A stretch of 62,220 bases of DNA from an uncultured Actinomycetes bacterium (GTDB lineage Bacteria > Actinomycetota > Acidimicrobiia > IMCC26256 > PALSA-555): positions 1-62,220 of the forward strand of contig CAIUKV010000206.1 in the NCBI GenBank assembly GCA_903899845.1, given 5' to 3'. The position numbers were made by a program, and so were the translations under genes. Position 1 is the first letter of the stretch. Each line of letters begins with the position of its first letter. The notes under the pieces are model-generated. The model did no database searches and was not told the DNA's origin. It was given only the letters and a program-made list of their open reading frames with translations. Positions 60,376-62,220 of the stretch are shown piece after piece.

Positions 60376-60951
60376 TCAGGGCCGCGCGGTGGCGGCCACG
60401 GCGTAGAGGGCCAGCGTCCAGTGGTCGAGGCCCGGGACCCGCCCGGCGGGGGTCCGGGCGGTGTCGTCGGCCCGGCGGAGGGTGACCAGCGCCTCGGCGT
60501 CGTCGCGAGCGAGGAAGGCCGAGCGCTCGTCGGGGTCCATCAGGCCCCCGAGCCGCCGGAGGTGCTCCCGGGCTCCGGGCCCGAGGCGCCTGCGGTAGGA
60601 CACGTCCACCGTGACGAGGTAGCGGGCTGCGTCCTCGTGCCCGGCGACCAGGTCGGCGACCCGGCCCCCGAGGAGTGGTCTGACCGCCTCGGCGCCAGCC
60701 GTCGGGTGGCGTTCGGGACACCGGGGCTCGAGCAGGTTGCCGAGGTCGTGCACGAGGCCGGCGACCTGCAGCTCGAGGTCGCCGGGGGCGAGGGTCTCGA
60801 GCACGGCGGCACACCGCAGTCCGTGGGTGAGCAGGTCGGCGTCGTCGGGACGGTGCGGATCGCGCGCGACCCGGCCGGCGTCGAGCAGCTCGAGCAGGCC
60901 ACCGATGCCGGCGACCCGGCGGGCGGTCGGGGAGGACGTCGGAGTGGGCAC
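60376..60951 (-). CDS. HD-domain protein, PhnZ/TmpB-like diiron subfamily
   Basis: THGLRCA, LVHDLG, HPTAGA, AGHEDAARY, LGG.M and LRRADD. Confidence 0.75.
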   Translation of the reverse strand: MPTPTSSPTARRVAGIGGLLELLDAGRVARDPHRPDDADLLTHGLRCAAVLETLAPGDLELQVAGLVHDLGNLLEPRCPERHPTAGAEAVRPLLGGRVADLVAGHEDAARYLVTVDVSYRRRLGPGAREHLRRLGGLMDPDERSAFLARDDAEALVTLRRADDTARTPAGRVPGLDHWTLALYAVAATARP

Positions 60952-61001
60952 CCTCCGATTGTGGCGGGTGGGGCGCGAGTGGTGGAGGGGTGACGCCGAG
61001 G

Positions 61002-61056
61002 GTTCACCCGACCGCAACCGGCTGTCCCCCCGGCGGCGAGTGGGGGTTCACCCCGC
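61002..61056 (+). promoter_or_regulatory. PHO-box-like in-phase repeats
   Basis: GTTCACCCGAC (61002), GTCCCCCCGGC (61024) and GTTCACCCCGC (61046), at exact 22-bp spacing. Confidence 0.5.
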
Positions 61057-61207
61057 CGTGTGACCATGTCGGTGACGACAGCCCCGGCCGAGCACCGGCC
61101 CTCCCCCAGGCCCTGTGTGCCGGCGGGTGCGCGCACGGGGGCGGCGGAACCGACCCCGCCCCCGTGCGATCGTCAATCCCGCCTCGCGCTCGCGCGCCGG
61201 TGCCGGG

Positions 61208-61690
61208 TCAGTCCCGTCCGGGGCGCGGCGGCGGGTGGTAGGTCGCGCGCACGATCACCCCGCGCCGGGTGGTGAGCTCCCAGACCGATCCCTTCTCCAC
61301 CGGGGGGGTGCCGTTGCGCCGCCGGACCTTGACCCCTTCGTCGCGCAGGTACCCGAGCAGGCCCAGCATCACGTCGCCGTGGGTGCACAGGACCGCGTCC
61401 TCGTCGCCGATCTTCTCGACCAGGCGCAGCACCTCGTCGAGCCCGGCGCCCTCGGCGAGCGCGTCGGCGAGGTCGACGGGCAGGCGCAGGCGGTTGGCCA
61501 GGGGCTCCACCGACTGCCGGCAGCGCACGTAGGGGCTGGCGACGACGCGCGTGATCCCGCGGTCCGCGAGCCGGGGCACGAGCGCGTCGGCCTGGCGGCG
61601 TCCGATCTTGGTGAGGGGCCGCTGGTCGTCGTCGCCCGTCCACGCGCTGCGCCGGCCGGCCCGAGTGTGGCGCAGGAGATGGATCGTCAC
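61208..61690 (-). CDS. Histidine phosphatase (SixA-like; MutT1 C-terminal-like)
   Basis: LLRH.RAG, RPLT..G..QA, SPYVRCRQSV, CTHGD and KGSVW. GTGA overlap with the NUDIX gene. Confidence 0.88.
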   Translation of the reverse strand: MTIHLLRHTRAGRRSAWTGDDDQRPLTKIGRRQADALVPRLADRGITRVVASPYVRCRQSVEPLANRLRLPVDLADALAEGAGLDEVLRLVEKIGDEDAVLCTHGDVMLGLLGYLRDEGVKVRRRNGTPPVEKGSVWELTTRRGVIVRATYHPPPRPGRD

Positions 61691-62124
61691 CGGTGTCCTT
61701 CGAGTCGTCCCAGCAGGGCGCGGTCGTGCGGGTAGGTCAGGAGTCTGGCAGCCGCCTCGGGGGCACACCACAGGAGGCGGTCGACCTCGTCGTCGGGGGC
61801 GGCCGGCGGCTCGGGCCCGGGCGTCATCTGCCAGTAGTGGACCACCTTGGGGCGGTCGCGGTGGTCGCGGTACCGCACGACGCCGAGGTAGGGCCCGAGC
61901 GTGACCGTGATCCCGGTCTCCTCGAGGACCTCGCGCCGGGCGGTCTGCTCGGCGGTCTCGCCCGGATCCTGCTTGCCCTTGGGGAAGCTCCAGTCGTCGT
62001 AGCGGGGCCGATGGACGACGAGCACCTCGGGCCCCGCCCGACCCGGGCGGGTCAGGATCCCGCCGGCCGCCACGACGCCGGGCTCGCCGGGCTCGCCGGG
62101 CTCGCCGCCGGGCGGGCCGCTCAC
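61687..62124 (-). CDS. NUDIX hydrolase (MutT1 N-terminal-like)
   Basis: VHRPRYDDWSFPKGK and Nudix box GKQDPGETAEQTARREVLEETG. N-terminal (GEP)3 encoded by a 9-bp repeat. Confidence 0.9.
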   Translation of the reverse strand: MSGPPGGEPGEPGEPGVVAAGGILTRPGRAGPEVLVVHRPRYDDWSFPKGKQDPGETAEQTARREVLEETGITVTLGPYLGVVRYRDHRDRPKVVHYWQMTPGPEPPAAPDDEVDRLLWCAPEAAARLLTYPHDRALLGRLEGHR

Positions 62125-62220
62125 CACGACCGTCGCAGCCGGGGTCGGTTCGCCCCGGCCCAGGCCTCGGGCCACGCGTCCCGAGCGGCTCCGGCCGCGA
62201 CGCGCTCGAGCGCGGCGAGC
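62121..62220 (-). CDS. 3' end of an upstream gene, probably a CHAD-domain protein (partial)
   Basis: Reads LAALERVAAGAARDAWPEAWAGANRPRLRRSW-stop, with a GTGA overlap to the NUDIX gene. The CHAD call rests only on the style of the C-terminus. Confidence 0.45.
   Translation of the reverse strand, partial: LAALERVAAGAARDAWPEAWAGANRPRLRRSW

Noticed and set aside
61060-61275. 71-aa + strand ORF as a protein-coding gene
   Set aside because: No SD or clear promoter, low complexity, and it overlaps the phosphatase gene antisense. Retained only as a possible sRNA region.

Overview
Very GC-rich actinobacterial chromosome segment, most consistent with Acidimicrobiia (inferred from gene content and protein style). 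No rRNA, tRNA, CRISPR array, prophage or classical IS was found. Layout from left to right: (0.2-19.5 kb) a CASTOR/POLLUX-like channel, then catabolic enzymes (TauD, two amidohydrolases, Adc-like, Mo-oxidoreductase with D- and L-2-hydroxyacid redox enzymes, AKR, SDR, frameshifted tandem CoA-transferase) and a DUF222-HNH gene under a perfect LexA box; (19.5-27 kb) GerMN lipoprotein, DHA2 MFS, a compositionally atypical three-gene operon (PstS-like binding protein, DUF4239 membrane protein, LivJ-type binding protein, with no ABC permease or ATPase), TauD plus methyltransferase; (27-45 kb) xseAB, a degenerate FGGY kinase, cbs-metB, sdhCAB, and an AAA+/VWA pair split by four genes; (45-52.5 kb) two WhiBs and tatA-sigE-anti-sigma-RseB/MucB-like...htrA; (52.8-62.2 kb) phoU/pstSCAB-senX3-regX3, surE, a PhnZ-like HD protein, a split MutT1-like pair and a CHAD-like C-terminus. 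Best candidates for something new: the transporter-less binding protein/DUF4239/binding protein operon; 11-bp PHO-box-like arrays at unexpected promoters; a PhnZ-like enzyme with altered substrate residues; an FGGY pseudokinase; a membrane-anchor-less SenX3 with a probable CTG start. Start codons were refined by eye. All family calls come from motif recognition, not database searches.
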